DNA of 64,000 nucleotides, from assembly GCA_031414775.1 (NCBI GenBank), contig JANOQI010000041.1:96001-160000 (forward strand), given 5' to 3'. The stretch is from Synechococcales cyanobacterium VAR_4_metabat_354. Lineage in GTDB: Bacteria; Cyanobacteriota; Cyanobacteriia; Cyanobacteriales; Chamaesiphonaceae. This document shows, piece after piece, positions 1 to 10,342 of this stretch; position 1 is the stretch's first letter; the number at the start of each line of letters is the position of its first letter. Below the pieces are notes generated by a model. That model had not been told where the DNA came from, did no database searches, and saw nothing but the letters and a program-made list of their open reading frames with translations. The translations under genes and the position numbers were made by a program.

Positions 1-2
1 TT

Positions 3-1931
3 ACTCTCCTTGTTTTGTCAGTGATTGGTCACTTCGGACAGTCGGCATTCTTGCCCCATCAACACCAGATGAACTCCTGGAAGTCGGTTTGGTGGCATTG
101 GGGACTGGCTACTATTGCCTTAACTTTTCCCGGTCGATTTATTTTGGTGGATGGTCTACGCAGTCTGGCGGCTGGTCGTCCCAATATGCACACTTTAGTA
201 GGTTTGGGATCTGGCACCGCTTACTTAACTAGCATGGTGGCACTGATCTGGCCGCAGTTACAGTGGGAATGCTTTTTTGATGAGCCAGTCATGTTGGTGG
301 GTGCCATGCTCTTAGGTAAGAGCTTGGAACAATATGCCAAACAAGAGGCTGCCCGCGAATTTGATCAGCTGCTCGCGCTCCAGCCGCCTACCGCACATTT
401 AGTGATCGGTGAGGGTACGATCGAGATTCCGGTGTCTCAGCTCAAAGTCGGCGAGCAAGTGCAGGTTTTTCCGGGTGAATGTATCCCCGTGGATGGCCAG
501 ATCCTCGCTGGTCAGAGTGCTGTCGATGAAGCTTTACTGACTGGGGAATCTTTGCCGGTGCTCAGACAACCCGGTGATCAGGTGACTGCTGGTACCATCA
601 ATCAGTCGGCTCCCTTGACGATCAAGACCCAGCAAGTGGGGGCTGAAACGGTACTGGCCAAGATTGTCGAATTAGTGGCCAACGCCCAAGCCCGCAAAGC
701 GCCGATTCAGAAGCTAGCTGATGTGGCGGCGGGCTATTTTACCTATGTGGTGATGAGTCTAGCTGTCCTGACTTTGATTGGTTGGTATCTGCTGGGTACT
801 TACTGGATTACTCTGCCTACTGCCCCGATCTTGTTCAGCCTGAAACTGGCGATTGCTGTGTTGGTGATTGCTTGTCCTTGTGCTTTGGGTTTGGCGACCC
901 CCACCGCCATTTTGGTCGGCACGGGGATTGGTGCTAAGCAGGGTCTACTCATTAAGGGCGGTGACATCTTAGAACAGATGAATAGCCTCCAGACAGTAGT
1001 GTTTGATAAAACGGGTACGCTGACGTTGGGTAAGCCGCAGGTAGTCAGCTGTCAAACCGATCTACCGTCCGCCGAATTTTGGCCATTGGTGGCCATGGCT
1101 GCCGCTGCTACCACCCATCCCTTGGCGCAATCGATCGAGATTTATGCCGCAGAGCAGGGTTATCTCGCCCTCACCTTAGATAGTAGCGAGACCTTACCTG
1201 GTTTGGGGGTGATCGCTCAGAGTACCACTGGCCAGAAGATTGTGATGGGTAATCCCGCTTGGCTAGCGCAGCAGGGTATTGGGATCAGTGTGCATTGGCA
1301 ACCAGTCACAGCTGAAGGCCAGACTCCAGCAACTTTGGTCTATGTGGCGATCGATCAAGAAGTACTAGGCTTAATTGGGATTACCGATCAACTACGTCCC
1401 GATGCGCTGGCGGCGGTGCAAGATCTGCAAAGTTTGGGGTTAGATGTGGTTTTGCTGACAGGCGATCGAGAGGAAATTGCTGTCGATATTGCGGGGCAAC
1501 TGGGAATTATCCAAGTTTATGCCAACTGTCGTCCGGCTCAAAAAGCGGAGATCATCAAACAATTGCAGACAGCTGGCGCAGTGGCGATGGTAGGCGATGG
1601 CTGGAATGACGCACCGGCGTTGGCACAGGCCAATGTGGGCATGGCCATCAATACTGGCACTGATGTGGCGATCGAAGCGGCCGATGTGATTTTGATGCGC
1701 GATCAACTTGGTGGGGTGGGCAAAGCCATCCGGTTAGCCCAGGCCACTACCCGCAAAATTCAGCAGAATCTTTTCTGGGCGGTGATCTATAACTGTTTAG
1801 GTATTCCGGTAGCGGCGGGTTTTTTGTTTACTTGGCAGATTACGCTCAGTCCAGCGGCGGCAGGGGCGTTGATGGCGATGAGTTCAATTAGTGTGGTTCT
1901 CAATTCGCTCAGCTTACGCTGGCGGAGTTAG
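3..1931 (+). CDS. Heavy-metal (Cu) translocating P1B-type ATPase, CtaA/PAA1-like; 5' end lies outside the window
   Basis: TGES, ACPCALGLATP, DKTGTLT, HP, GDGxNDAPALA and YN/MAMSS motifs; the frame is open back to the window edge. Confidence 0.93.
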   Translation, partial: TLLVLSVIGHFGQSAFLPHQHQMNSWKSVWWHWGLATIALTFPGRFILVDGLRSLAAGRPNMHTLVGLGSGTAYLTSMVALIWPQLQWECFFDEPVMLVGAMLLGKSLEQYAKQEAAREFDQLLALQPPTAHLVIGEGTIEIPVSQLKVGEQVQVFPGECIPVDGQILAGQSAVDEALLTGESLPVLRQPGDQVTAGTINQSAPLTIKTQQVGAETVLAKIVELVANAQARKAPIQKLADVAAGYFTYVVMSLAVLTLIGWYLLGTYWITLPTAPILFSLKLAIAVLVIACPCALGLATPTAILVGTGIGAKQGLLIKGGDILEQMNSLQTVVFDKTGTLTLGKPQVVSCQTDLPSAEFWPLVAMAAAATTHPLAQSIEIYAAEQGYLALTLDSSETLPGLGVIAQSTTGQKIVMGNPAWLAQQGIGISVHWQPVTAEGQTPATLVYVAIDQEVLGLIGITDQLRPDALAAVQDLQSLGLDVVLLTGDREEIAVDIAGQLGIIQVYANCRPAQKAEIIKQLQTAGAVAMVGDGWNDAPALAQANVGMAINTGTDVAIEAADVILMRDQLGGVGKAIRLAQATTRKIQQNLFWAVIYNCLGIPVAAGFLFTWQITLSPAAAGALMAMSSISVVLNSLSLRWRS

Positions 1932-2204
1932 TTGGCTACGATTCCACAAACTATAGGTTTGTGTCAAATATTTGTATTATGCGGAAAGCTTTTATATAAT
2001 TACCCTAATAGAGCATATATGTGGAAAATTTACAGATAATTACTAGTTATACGGTCAGCCTAATATAGTTTTTAACTAATGATGCGGTTTAACTTCATCG
2101 TTATGTGGACACTAATTGTTTTGCCAAGCTTAATCAGATCTGCGAGCTGAACACCGCAGTGTAAAAGTAGTTCAAACTTATGAAGGTATTTCAGAGAGGC
2201 TCTT

Positions 2205-3497
2205 ATGTCAGGCTCTAACGAAAGCGATGATGAACTCGTATCGGGACGTGTTAACTACTCTAACGACCAGACCACCATCTGGGCTGAGAATCAGTACACT
2301 ACAACTTCAGTCCTTTTCATTGAAACAGGTGAATTTAGAATAGATTTCAAAGGCGACGTAATCTTACGTGTCGAAGTGGCGAACGACTCGGAGAATGACG
2401 GTGAGTTTCATCCGCCAGAACCGCTCGATGCCATCGTTGGGGTTGGCTGGCGAGAAGACAATGGGAGCAGCAAAAGCGGCACCGGCGTGACGGGGATTGG
2501 CGGGAAAGTCGGTGGTTTAGGTATTCACGGCGAAGGTGGCGAGGACGGTACGGGAGTGTTTGCTGATGCTGGTGGCCAAGCAGCGGGGGTCATCAGCCTC
2601 GGCGGACCGCGCCAGGGCACAGGTGTATTCGGCTTAGGATCGGGCGGGGAGCGCCTGAATCGGCGAGGAGCTGGAGGTATTGGCGTTCATGGTGTTGGAG
2701 GAGTCGGAGATCTGCAAGCCGGATTGCCTGCACCGCCGGGACAGCCTACACCCCCAGATATCATGCCTGGAACTGGAGTTTTTGGTCAGGGCGGAAAAAT
2801 CGGCCTGGACTCGAACACGAAGCGACTGTTGCTGGGAGCGGGTATCATTGGTGTTGGTGGTGATGCTGGCAACAAAGATATGCCTTCTCTGCAAGACTCT
2901 GGCAGTGCTGGAGTGTTTGGCCAGGGTGCGGAAGCCGTAATTGAGAATATCTTTGACAGCGGAACATCGATCTCCGTCGGTCCAAAAGAAGCTGGTCCAG
3001 GTGTTGTCGGACGCGGCGGAGTGACGATTACGTCAGACTTTCGCCTAGAACTCCCAGTCGGTGCCGGTGTCATTGGCTTGGCGGGAGGTCAGAACAAACC
3101 AGCAATCACTGAAACTGGCGACACGGGTGTATTCGGATTAGGTCGGATGGGCGTTCAAGGTCATGGAATCGCAGGTCCTGGCCTTATCGCACGCTCAGAT
3201 CAGGATCGCGGCGGGGTGTTCAAATCGGATATTTCCGCCCAAATTCGGCTGGTGCCTAAAAAGGTGGGAACGCGATTGCCTGAAGCATCGGCTGTTACTC
3301 CCACTGGCATCTCCGAAGTTGCTGTCAAGAGTGGTGTTGTGTCATTGCCGAAAGCAGGCCAAGGTGGCGATCTCATGACGCTCATCGATGATACCCGTCG
3401 CTGCACGTTATGGTTCTGTGTTCAGGACCCAAGTGGGGGCCAACCGGCCCGCTGGGCCCAGGTTCTGCTCGGACCTGACTTTGACGGACAGAGCTAA
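2205..3497 (+). CDS. Glycine-rich repeat hypothetical protein (GxGVxGxG repeats)
   Basis: 430-aa ORF with GAGAGG RBS; about 14 repeats such as GTGVFGQGG and GAGVIGLAG; no family recognised. Confidence 0.8.
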   Translation: MSGSNESDDELVSGRVNYSNDQTTIWAENQYTTTSVLFIETGEFRIDFKGDVILRVEVANDSENDGEFHPPEPLDAIVGVGWREDNGSSKSGTGVTGIGGKVGGLGIHGEGGEDGTGVFADAGGQAAGVISLGGPRQGTGVFGLGSGGERLNRRGAGGIGVHGVGGVGDLQAGLPAPPGQPTPPDIMPGTGVFGQGGKIGLDSNTKRLLLGAGIIGVGGDAGNKDMPSLQDSGSAGVFGQGAEAVIENIFDSGTSISVGPKEAGPGVVGRGGVTITSDFRLELPVGAGVIGLAGGQNKPAITETGDTGVFGLGRMGVQGHGIAGPGLIARSDQDRGGVFKSDISAQIRLVPKKVGTRLPEASAVTPTGISEVAVKSGVVSLPKAGQGGDLMTLIDDTRRCTLWFCVQDPSGGQPARWAQVLLGPDFDGQS

Positions 3498-3543
3498 TCA
3501 ACTGCTGTTTGCAGAGCGTCTCCTAACTAAGAAACGCTCACAA

Positions 3544-4896
3544 TTATGAACCTTTCAACTTCCAGCCAGGTTTGACCACCTGCTTGGCTCTAGCAATGAC
3601 CAAGGAATCATTCGCCACATTTTCCGTAACCGTCGAACCAGCCGCGATCGTTACATTTGCTCCAATATTCAGCGGTGCCACCAACACACTATTAGAACCA
3701 GTTTTACTATTGGCTCCAATCACGGTTTGGTGCTTTTGCACGCCATCATAGTTAGCCGTAATGGTGCCCGCTCCCACATTTACTTGTTGGCCGGTAGTTG
3801 TATCCCCCAGATAGGAGAGATGCGCCACATTCGTACCTACCCCTAAAGTGGTTTTTTTCAGCTCGACAAAATTCCCCACCCGGCAATTATTCCCAACTTG
3901 CACCTGCTGGCGTAGATGGGCGTAGGGACCAATCCGAATATGATTCCCAATCTGGGAATCGGTAATCACCGAATACATCACCGTACAACCCTGGCCAATT
4001 TCGCTGTTTTCAATCAGCGAGCCGGGACCAATTCGACTACCTGTTCCAATCTTGGTATTACCACGTAAATGGGTTTGGGGTTCAATAATTACGTCATTAC
4101 CAATTTCTACGGTGTCATCGATCGTAATGCTACCCGGATCGATCAAAGTCACCCCGGCGGCCATCCAGCGGTCTTTGAGGCGGTTTTGCATAATTTCGTA
4201 AGCGCCAGCTAGTTGCTTGCGATCGTTGATCCCCAAAATTTCTTGGTAATCATCAACATCCACCACCATCACTGGTGATAGAAAATTTACCGCATCGGTA
4301 ATGTAATATTCTTGTTGATCGTTGTTGCTTTGTAGCTGAGGCAAAACTGCCTGGAGCTGCGGCCAATTAAAGCAGTAAATACCAGCATTTACTCGCTGAT
4401 TTTGGCGCTGGGCAGGTGTACAATCACGGTCTTCCACAATTTCTTTCAGCAGATTTTGGCTATCGCAAAAGACCCGGCCATAACCGCTAGGATCGGGTAT
4501 TTTCGCCGTCAGGATAGTAGCGGCATTTTTGTTGTGCTGGTGAGTTTGCAGAAGGCTGCGTAAAGTCTCGGGGCGCAACAGAGGTACATCGCCGTTAAGA
4601 ACTAGCAAATCCCCCTGAAAATTTTGTAAGTAGGGCAAGAGTTGCTGCACGGCGTGACCGGTGCCTAGCTGCTGGGTCTGTTCCACAAATTCTAAATTGG
4701 GGATATGCCCTAAAGCTGTGCGTACTTGTTCGGCTTGGTAGCCAATGATGGCCAGTTGTCTTTCGGGTTTTAAGCCCACACAGCCTAGTAGAACCTGCTC
4801 CACGAGTGTCCGACCACCTAAGGCATGTAAAACCTTTGGTAAGCTGGATTTCATTCTTGTACCTTTACCCGCTGCCAAAATTGCTACTGCTACCAT
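3544..4896 (-). CDS. glmU: Bifunctional UDP-GlcNAc pyrophosphorylase / glucosamine-1-P acetyltransferase
   Basis: [19 protein letters not shown], hexapeptide C-terminal half with HLSYLGD and [11 protein letters not shown]. Confidence 0.98.
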   Translation of the reverse strand: MVAVAILAAGKGTRMKSSLPKVLHALGGRTLVEQVLLGCVGLKPERQLAIIGYQAEQVRTALGHIPNLEFVEQTQQLGTGHAVQQLLPYLQNFQGDLLVLNGDVPLLRPETLRSLLQTHQHNKNAATILTAKIPDPSGYGRVFCDSQNLLKEIVEDRDCTPAQRQNQRVNAGIYCFNWPQLQAVLPQLQSNNDQQEYYITDAVNFLSPVMVVDVDDYQEILGINDRKQLAGAYEIMQNRLKDRWMAAGVTLIDPGSITIDDTVEIGNDVIIEPQTHLRGNTKIGTGSRIGPGSLIENSEIGQGCTVMYSVITDSQIGNHIRIGPYAHLRQQVQVGNNCRVGNFVELKKTTLGVGTNVAHLSYLGDTTTGQQVNVGAGTITANYDGVQKHQTVIGANSKTGSNSVLVAPLNIGANVTIAAGSTVTENVANDSLVIARAKQVVKPGWKLKGS

Positions 4897-5087
4897 AAAA
4901 CCTGGTAAAAAATTACGAAACGATCGACACCATAGATTACCAAAATCTTTGCATTGTTAGTGAAATTTTGTGGCGACGGGTCTAGTATTTTCTGGTCTAA
5001 TCAAACTGTCTGGCTTGTCTGGTAGCCCAGTGCGGTAGAATCTTGGGTATTGGCCAGCCGTGACGGTGATATAAAATTTAGGAACTT

Positions 5088-6680
5088 ATGAGCTTTAATG
5101 AACTGGTAAATCAGCTTAATACTGGCACCATTTTGCCAGAAGTGATTGTAACCTTGACGATTTTAGCCGTTTTGGTGGCTGACCTCATTTTTGGAAGGAA
5201 GCAGGCGCGTCCGATCGCTTATCTGGCCATCGCTGGTTTGGGGGTCGCAATTGGAGCCTTGGTCTTGCAGTGGGGCATCCCTAACAATATTGGCTTTTTT
5301 GGGGCAATCACCAGTGATCCGCTGAGTGTAATTTTTCGCGGCATCATTGTGCTGTCGGCAGCAGTAACCATTCTGATGTCGATCCGCTATGTGGAGCAGA
5401 CCGGTACGGCTTTGGCCGAGTTTATCGCCATTTTGCTATCAGCGACTTTAGGGGGAATGTTTTTATCGGCAGCGACCGAGCTAGTCACGATTTTCGTGTC
5501 CTTGGAGACCCTCAGTATTTCTTCTTATATGATGACGGGCTACATGAAGCGCGATCCCCGTTCCAATGAAGCCGCCCTCAAATACTTGTTGATTGGAGCC
5601 GTTAGTTCGGCGGTGTTTTTATACGGGGTGTCCTTGCTCTACGGGCTATCTGGTGGGGAAACTAAACTGGCGGCGATCGCCGCAGGTATTGCCGCAGCAC
5701 CCGGCAATTTGTCTTTAGGTCTAGTCGTATCGCTAGTGTTTGTGATTGCTGGTATTGCCTTTAAGATTTCGGCGGTGCCCTTCCACCAGTGGACTCCCGA
5801 TGTTTACGAAGGTTCACCGACTCCAGTTGTGGCTTTCTTATCGGTTGGTTCTAAGTCTGCTGGTTTTGCCCTAGCGATTCGGTTATTGGTGACGGCTTTC
5901 CCTGCTGTGCGCGATGAATGGCATTTCGTATTTACAGTGCTGGCGGTGCTCAGTATGGTGTTGGGCAACGTGGTGGCTTTAGCCCAGACCAGTATGAAGC
6001 GGATGTTGGCTTATTCTTCGATCGCACAGGCTGGTTTTGTGATGATTGGTCTGTTGATTGGCACTGAAGCTGGCTACAGCAGCATGTTGTTCTACTTGCT
6101 AATCTATCTATTCATGAACCTTGGTGGTTTTATTTGTGTAATCCTCTTCACCTTGCGTACTGGTACTGACCAGATTACCGAATATGCTGGTCTGTATCAT
6201 AAAGATCCGCTGCTGACTTTATGTTTGAGTATCTGCTTATTATCATTAGGCGGTATTCCACCTTTAGCCGGTTTCTTTGGCAAGATTTATATCTTCTGGG
6301 CTGGTTGGCAAGCGGGAGCTTATGGTTTAGTATTGTTGGCCTTGGTAACCAGTGTAGTTTCGATCTACTACTATATTCGGGTCGTCAAAATGATGGTAGT
6401 CAAAGAACCGCAGGAAATGTCAGCATCTGTTAAAGCCTATCCGCGTAGTGATTGGCAATTACCCGGCATGCGTCCATTGCAAGTTGGTTTGCTGTTAATG
6501 GTGGCTGCTAGTTCATTAGCGGGGATCTTCGCTAACCCACTGCTGACTTTGGCGACTAACTCCGTTATCCAAACTCCCATGTTACAAGGTGCGATTGCTG
6601 CCCATTCGCAGACTATTAATACGTTCAAGGCATCTCAGCCAGTGTTAGTTGCACCGGCTGTCGTTATCCTAGGCAAATAA
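5088..6680 (+). CDS. ndhB: NAD(P)H-quinone oxidoreductase subunit 2 (NdhB)
   Basis: [46 protein letters not shown]. Confidence 0.97.
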   Translation: MSFNELVNQLNTGTILPEVIVTLTILAVLVADLIFGRKQARPIAYLAIAGLGVAIGALVLQWGIPNNIGFFGAITSDPLSVIFRGIIVLSAAVTILMSIRYVEQTGTALAEFIAILLSATLGGMFLSAATELVTIFVSLETLSISSYMMTGYMKRDPRSNEAALKYLLIGAVSSAVFLYGVSLLYGLSGGETKLAAIAAGIAAAPGNLSLGLVVSLVFVIAGIAFKISAVPFHQWTPDVYEGSPTPVVAFLSVGSKSAGFALAIRLLVTAFPAVRDEWHFVFTVLAVLSMVLGNVVALAQTSMKRMLAYSSIAQAGFVMIGLLIGTEAGYSSMLFYLLIYLFMNLGGFICVILFTLRTGTDQITEYAGLYHKDPLLTLCLSICLLSLGGIPPLAGFFGKIYIFWAGWQAGAYGLVLLALVTSVVSIYYYIRVVKMMVVKEPQEMSASVKAYPRSDWQLPGMRPLQVGLLLMVAASSLAGIFANPLLTLATNSVIQTPMLQGAIAAHSQTINTFKASQPVLVAPAVVILGK

Positions 6681-6697
6681 TTCACATCATAGTTGCA

Positions 6698-6743
6698 ATT
6701 AAAAAGCATTGTCTCAAAATTAGTTGAGACAATGCTTTTTAAT
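6698..6743 (+). terminator. Perfect 20-bp inverted repeat after ndhB (probable intrinsic terminator)
   Basis: ATTAAAAAGCATTGTCTCAA-aattag-TTGAGACAATGCTTTTTAAT, 17 nt after the stop codon. Confidence 0.85.
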
Positions 6744-7174
6744 CAGCATGAGAATTTTTTATAGGCAATACTGATGACTAATTTTCAGTAAATGAGGCTT
6801 ATGATGTTACAAAAAATACAAAATAAAAATTGCTGAAATGTCAATTTCCAATTTATTTTCCTGAATGAATTTATGGATTGCTTAATTCTTAAGACAAAGG
6901 CTGAAAATATTATGAGAACTATTACAGGCAAGGTCTAAGCCGCATTTATCCTAGCTATTTCGGATAGAAAGATAAACTGTTAACCAAAATCTAAAGACTT
7001 TGTGTAGGTATTTATATGGTACAAATCTAAAGACATTTACCCAATGGGTAATGTAGATAAATTATAATCACCTGCTCAATTGGCATCGGTGAGAAATTTT
7101 TCATTAATTTCTGTTTTCCCGACCGTTTGAGGGAATAATGATGACAACAAGATTAGGAGAATAAAAAATCTGTC

Positions 7175-10100
7175 ATGTTAAGTAGAGTTCCAGAAAACAA
7201 GATGCACTTAGTCCGGTGGTTGCTCACCATAGGGTGGGTGATTTTGATCATATCTGCTTTTTATGATCCGATTTCCCTAGCACTTACCGCCCCTGACAAT
7301 TTACTTAGTCCTGTGCGTGTTCATCCCGAACGTTGTGTCTTGGAGCACGGTATCTGCTTGCCACAGGTTAGTTATGCCTTGGCGCCCCGTATTTTTTGGG
7401 GGGTGGTGATTCCAGTTGGTGTGCTTATTTTGCTGGTCGGTGGCCATGAAACTTGGCGACGGATGTGCCCTCTGTATTTTCTATCTCAGATTCCGCGCAA
7501 GCTAGGGATTCAGCGCAAGCGCAAAAAAACTAATGCTGAGACTGGGGCTGTGCGTCAAGAATTGGTGGGAGTAAATGCTCAATCTTGGCTTGGTAAAAAT
7601 TATGCCTATGTCCAGCTCGCTTTACTTTTTTTAGGACTGAATATTCGATTGTTGGTAGCCGATGGTAGCGCTTTAGGCTTTGGGCTGTTTATGGTGGCTA
7701 CCGTAGCTGCGGCGATCACTGTGGGCTATTTGTTTAAAGGCCGGAGCTGGTGTCAGTATTTTTGCCCAATGGCTCCGGTACAAGTTTTTTATACTAGTAA
7801 TCGTGGATTGCTGGGTAGTAATGCACATATGAGTCCTCCGGCTAGTGTGACTCAATCGATGTGCCGGAGCGTAGATGCTAATGGCAAGGAAAAAAGTGCT
7901 TGTGTGAGCTGTCAGTCACCTTGTTTGGATATCGATGCTGAACGCACCTACTGGGCAAACCTAGACCGCCCAGAACAGCTATTGCTGTTTTATGGCTATT
8001 TTGGCTTAATGCTGGGCTTTTTTCTCTATTATTATCTGCACGCTGGTAACTGGGACTATTATTTTTCGGGGGTTTGGAGTCATCGTGAGCGTCCGCTTAG
8101 TAGTCTTTTGGAGCCAGGATTTTTTATTAATGGTCGTGCTATTGCTATCCCCGAAATTGTGGCAGTGCCATTAACTTTGGGCTTGTCCACTGCTGCTAGC
8201 TATTGGGGTGGTTTCGGGCTAGAGAAATTGATTAAATCGCAACGCCAGCAGTGGAGCGATCAACAGGTGCGCCATGTCAGTTATATATTGACGGTATTTT
8301 TATCTTTTAATGTCTTTTTTATCTTTGCTGGTCGGCCTAATCTAGAGCTGTTACCAGAATGGATGGAATTGATATTCAATGGCTTTTTGATGTTGGTGGC
8401 TGCTCTGTGGCTCCAGCGTAACTTGCTCCGTAGTAAGCCGCTCTATCAGAGAGAAAGCTTGACAGGGAGTCTGCGCCGTCAGCTCCAAAAACTGACGATC
8501 AGCTGGACGGAATTTTTAGAAGGTCGATCGATCGAAGATCTCAACACCAACGAAGTTTATGTGTTGGCGAAGGTACTACCAGGATTTAATCGTCAATCTC
8601 GTCTTCAGGTTTACCAAGGAGTGCTCCAAGAAGCGGTGGCTGAAGGAAAAACCCAGTCGGCTAACAGCCTAGAAATGCTCCAAGATATCCGCGAAGAATT
8701 GCAAGTGACCGCCGAAGATCACTACCATATTCTGGCTAACCTTGGCATTGAAAACCCCACTTTGCTCGATCCCAGTATTCAACGCAGTCGCGAAGACCAA
8801 CTACGGTTGGATAGCTATCAGCGGGGACTAGAAGTATTGATGCTGGATTTGGTCGCTAGCCATGTGCCGATCGAACAGGCTTTGCAACAGAAACAAGCTC
8901 AAATCAATGTGATGCGTCAAGAATATAGTATCAGCACTGCGGAGCAAGAGCAGGTATTATGGACACTCTTCCATCCCAATAGTGCTTTGCTTACTACTAG
9001 CACAGCCTTGCTGGGTAAACTTCAGCTCTGGAGTACGAGGCAGCAGTCTCTAACCATGATTCCGCCCTACCCGCCAGCACCGGTTTATCATTTGCTGAGA
9101 TCGATCGTTGATGATCAGCAGCGTTTGATGGTGGTACAACTATTCAATATTCTGGAGATGTTGGCCGATGAACCCGCTGCCCTAGAAATTGCCAATACTA
9201 CGTCTTTACTGGCTCCCGAAATAGTCAAAGATCTACTGGATGCCAGTACCAAAAAGCGGCTTTTGCCCCAGATTTGCGAAATACTGACGAACCAAAAACC
9301 GGTGACAGTGGATACGACTAGAACTGTCTTGCTTGATCCGATGGATAGTTTAGACGCGACCATTCTCAACGAAACTATTACCCAAATCACCCAATTAAAT
9401 AGCCAATCGCTACCGATGATGGGTTTAGTGGAGGTTTTACAAGATTTATTGCAAGAGATCGATCCTTTGGTCAAAGCAGCTAGTCTTTACGCTCTCCAAC
9501 AACTGGAGCCAGAGCTGACCAGTCGGATTGTGCATACTTTGGATCGTGGCTCGGAACCGTTGCTGCAAGAATTGATTGATCAAATTTTGCAACGACCGCT
9601 GGCGGTGGAACAAGTTCCCACTCTGACGCTAGATTTAGAAATTTATGGTCAGTATGATCAGCAGGTTTATCAACAGCCGATCGTCAGTGTCGGCAGGTCT
9701 GAGGAAAATAGCTTAGTAATTCTTGATCGACAAGTTTCTCGCCGTCATGCCCTATTTAAGCTAAATGCTCATGGCTTGGCTGTTAGAGACTTAGGTAGTA
9801 GTAATGGTTTGCGTGTACAGCAGCATTATCTTCACAATGAAGAACAAGCTATTGCTAGTGGTACTAAGATTCATTTGTGTCCCAGCGATGATATCTTAAT
9901 TACTGCCCATTGGTCGATGATGGCAGCGAATTCTAAAGAGCAGCCCATTACAATCCTAGAGAAAATACTATGGTTGCGTTCTAGTCCTTTGTTTCAGGCT
10001 TTGAATCATCAGAGTTTGTTAGCAGTAGCACAGAGCAGTAGCTTGAGTATTTACACCCAGGGTGAGATCCTTTGCGAGCAGGGCGAACCAGCCCAAGCTC

Positions 10101-10342
10101 TGTGGCTACTGTTAGATGGGACTGCTCAGTCCGAGCACCGCACCATGTCTGCTGGGCAAACGATCGGAGAACTAGGTATCCTCACCAGGAGGACATATAC
10201 AGAAACGATGGTTGCCACTAGTCCTCAGGTGTCAGTATTAGTGATTTCTGCTACTAGCTTTGATGATTTGCTCGATCGCGAGCCTCAAATTACTCGCTCC
10301 TTACTTGCCTCCATTAGTCAGCGTTTACAAACTTCCCTATGA
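7175..10342 (+). CDS. Multidomain membrane protein: NapH/MauN/RdxA-like 4Fe-4S membrane domain, helical region, FHA domain and cNMP-binding domain
   Basis: Multiple TM helices; RRMCP, WCQYFCP and CVSCQSPC Cys motifs; FHA signature VGRS..VSRRHA..DLGSSNG; C-terminal cNMP fold (LCEQGEPA..LLDG..IGELGIL). Confidence 0.85.
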   Translation: MLSRVPENKMHLVRWLLTIGWVILIISAFYDPISLALTAPDNLLSPVRVHPERCVLEHGICLPQVSYALAPRIFWGVVIPVGVLILLVGGHETWRRMCPLYFLSQIPRKLGIQRKRKKTNAETGAVRQELVGVNAQSWLGKNYAYVQLALLFLGLNIRLLVADGSALGFGLFMVATVAAAITVGYLFKGRSWCQYFCPMAPVQVFYTSNRGLLGSNAHMSPPASVTQSMCRSVDANGKEKSACVSCQSPCLDIDAERTYWANLDRPEQLLLFYGYFGLMLGFFLYYYLHAGNWDYYFSGVWSHRERPLSSLLEPGFFINGRAIAIPEIVAVPLTLGLSTAASYWGGFGLEKLIKSQRQQWSDQQVRHVSYILTVFLSFNVFFIFAGRPNLELLPEWMELIFNGFLMLVAALWLQRNLLRSKPLYQRESLTGSLRRQLQKLTISWTEFLEGRSIEDLNTNEVYVLAKVLPGFNRQSRLQVYQGVLQEAVAEGKTQSANSLEMLQDIREELQVTAEDHYHILANLGIENPTLLDPSIQRSREDQLRLDSYQRGLEVLMLDLVASHVPIEQALQQKQAQINVMRQEYSISTAEQEQVLWTLFHPNSALLTTSTALLGKLQLWSTRQQSLTMIPPYPPAPVYHLLRSIVDDQQRLMVVQLFNILEMLADEPAALEIANTTSLLAPEIVKDLLDASTKKRLLPQICEILTNQKPVTVDTTRTVLLDPMDSLDATILNETITQITQLNSQSLPMMGLVEVLQDLLQEIDPLVKAASLYALQQLEPELTSRIVHTLDRGSEPLLQELIDQILQRPLAVEQVPTLTLDLEIYGQYDQQVYQQPIVSVGRSEENSLVILDRQVSRRHALFKLNAHGLAVRDLGSSNGLRVQQHYLHNEEQAIASGTKIHLCPSDDILITAHWSMMAANSKEQPITILEKILWLRSSPLFQALNHQSLLAVAQSSSLSIYTQGEILCEQGEPAQALWLLLDGTAQSEHRTMSAGQTIGELGILTRRTYTETMVATSPQVSVLVISATSFDDLLDREPQITRSLLASISQRLQTSL

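Noticed and set aside
2634..3406. Several overlapping short ORFs within the Gly-rich gene
   Set aside because: Shadow frames of a GC-rich coding sequence; no recognisable motifs
7008..7022. GTA...TAC upstream of the FHA operon as an NtcA site
   Set aside because: The spacer is 9 nt, not the 8 nt of the NtcA consensus
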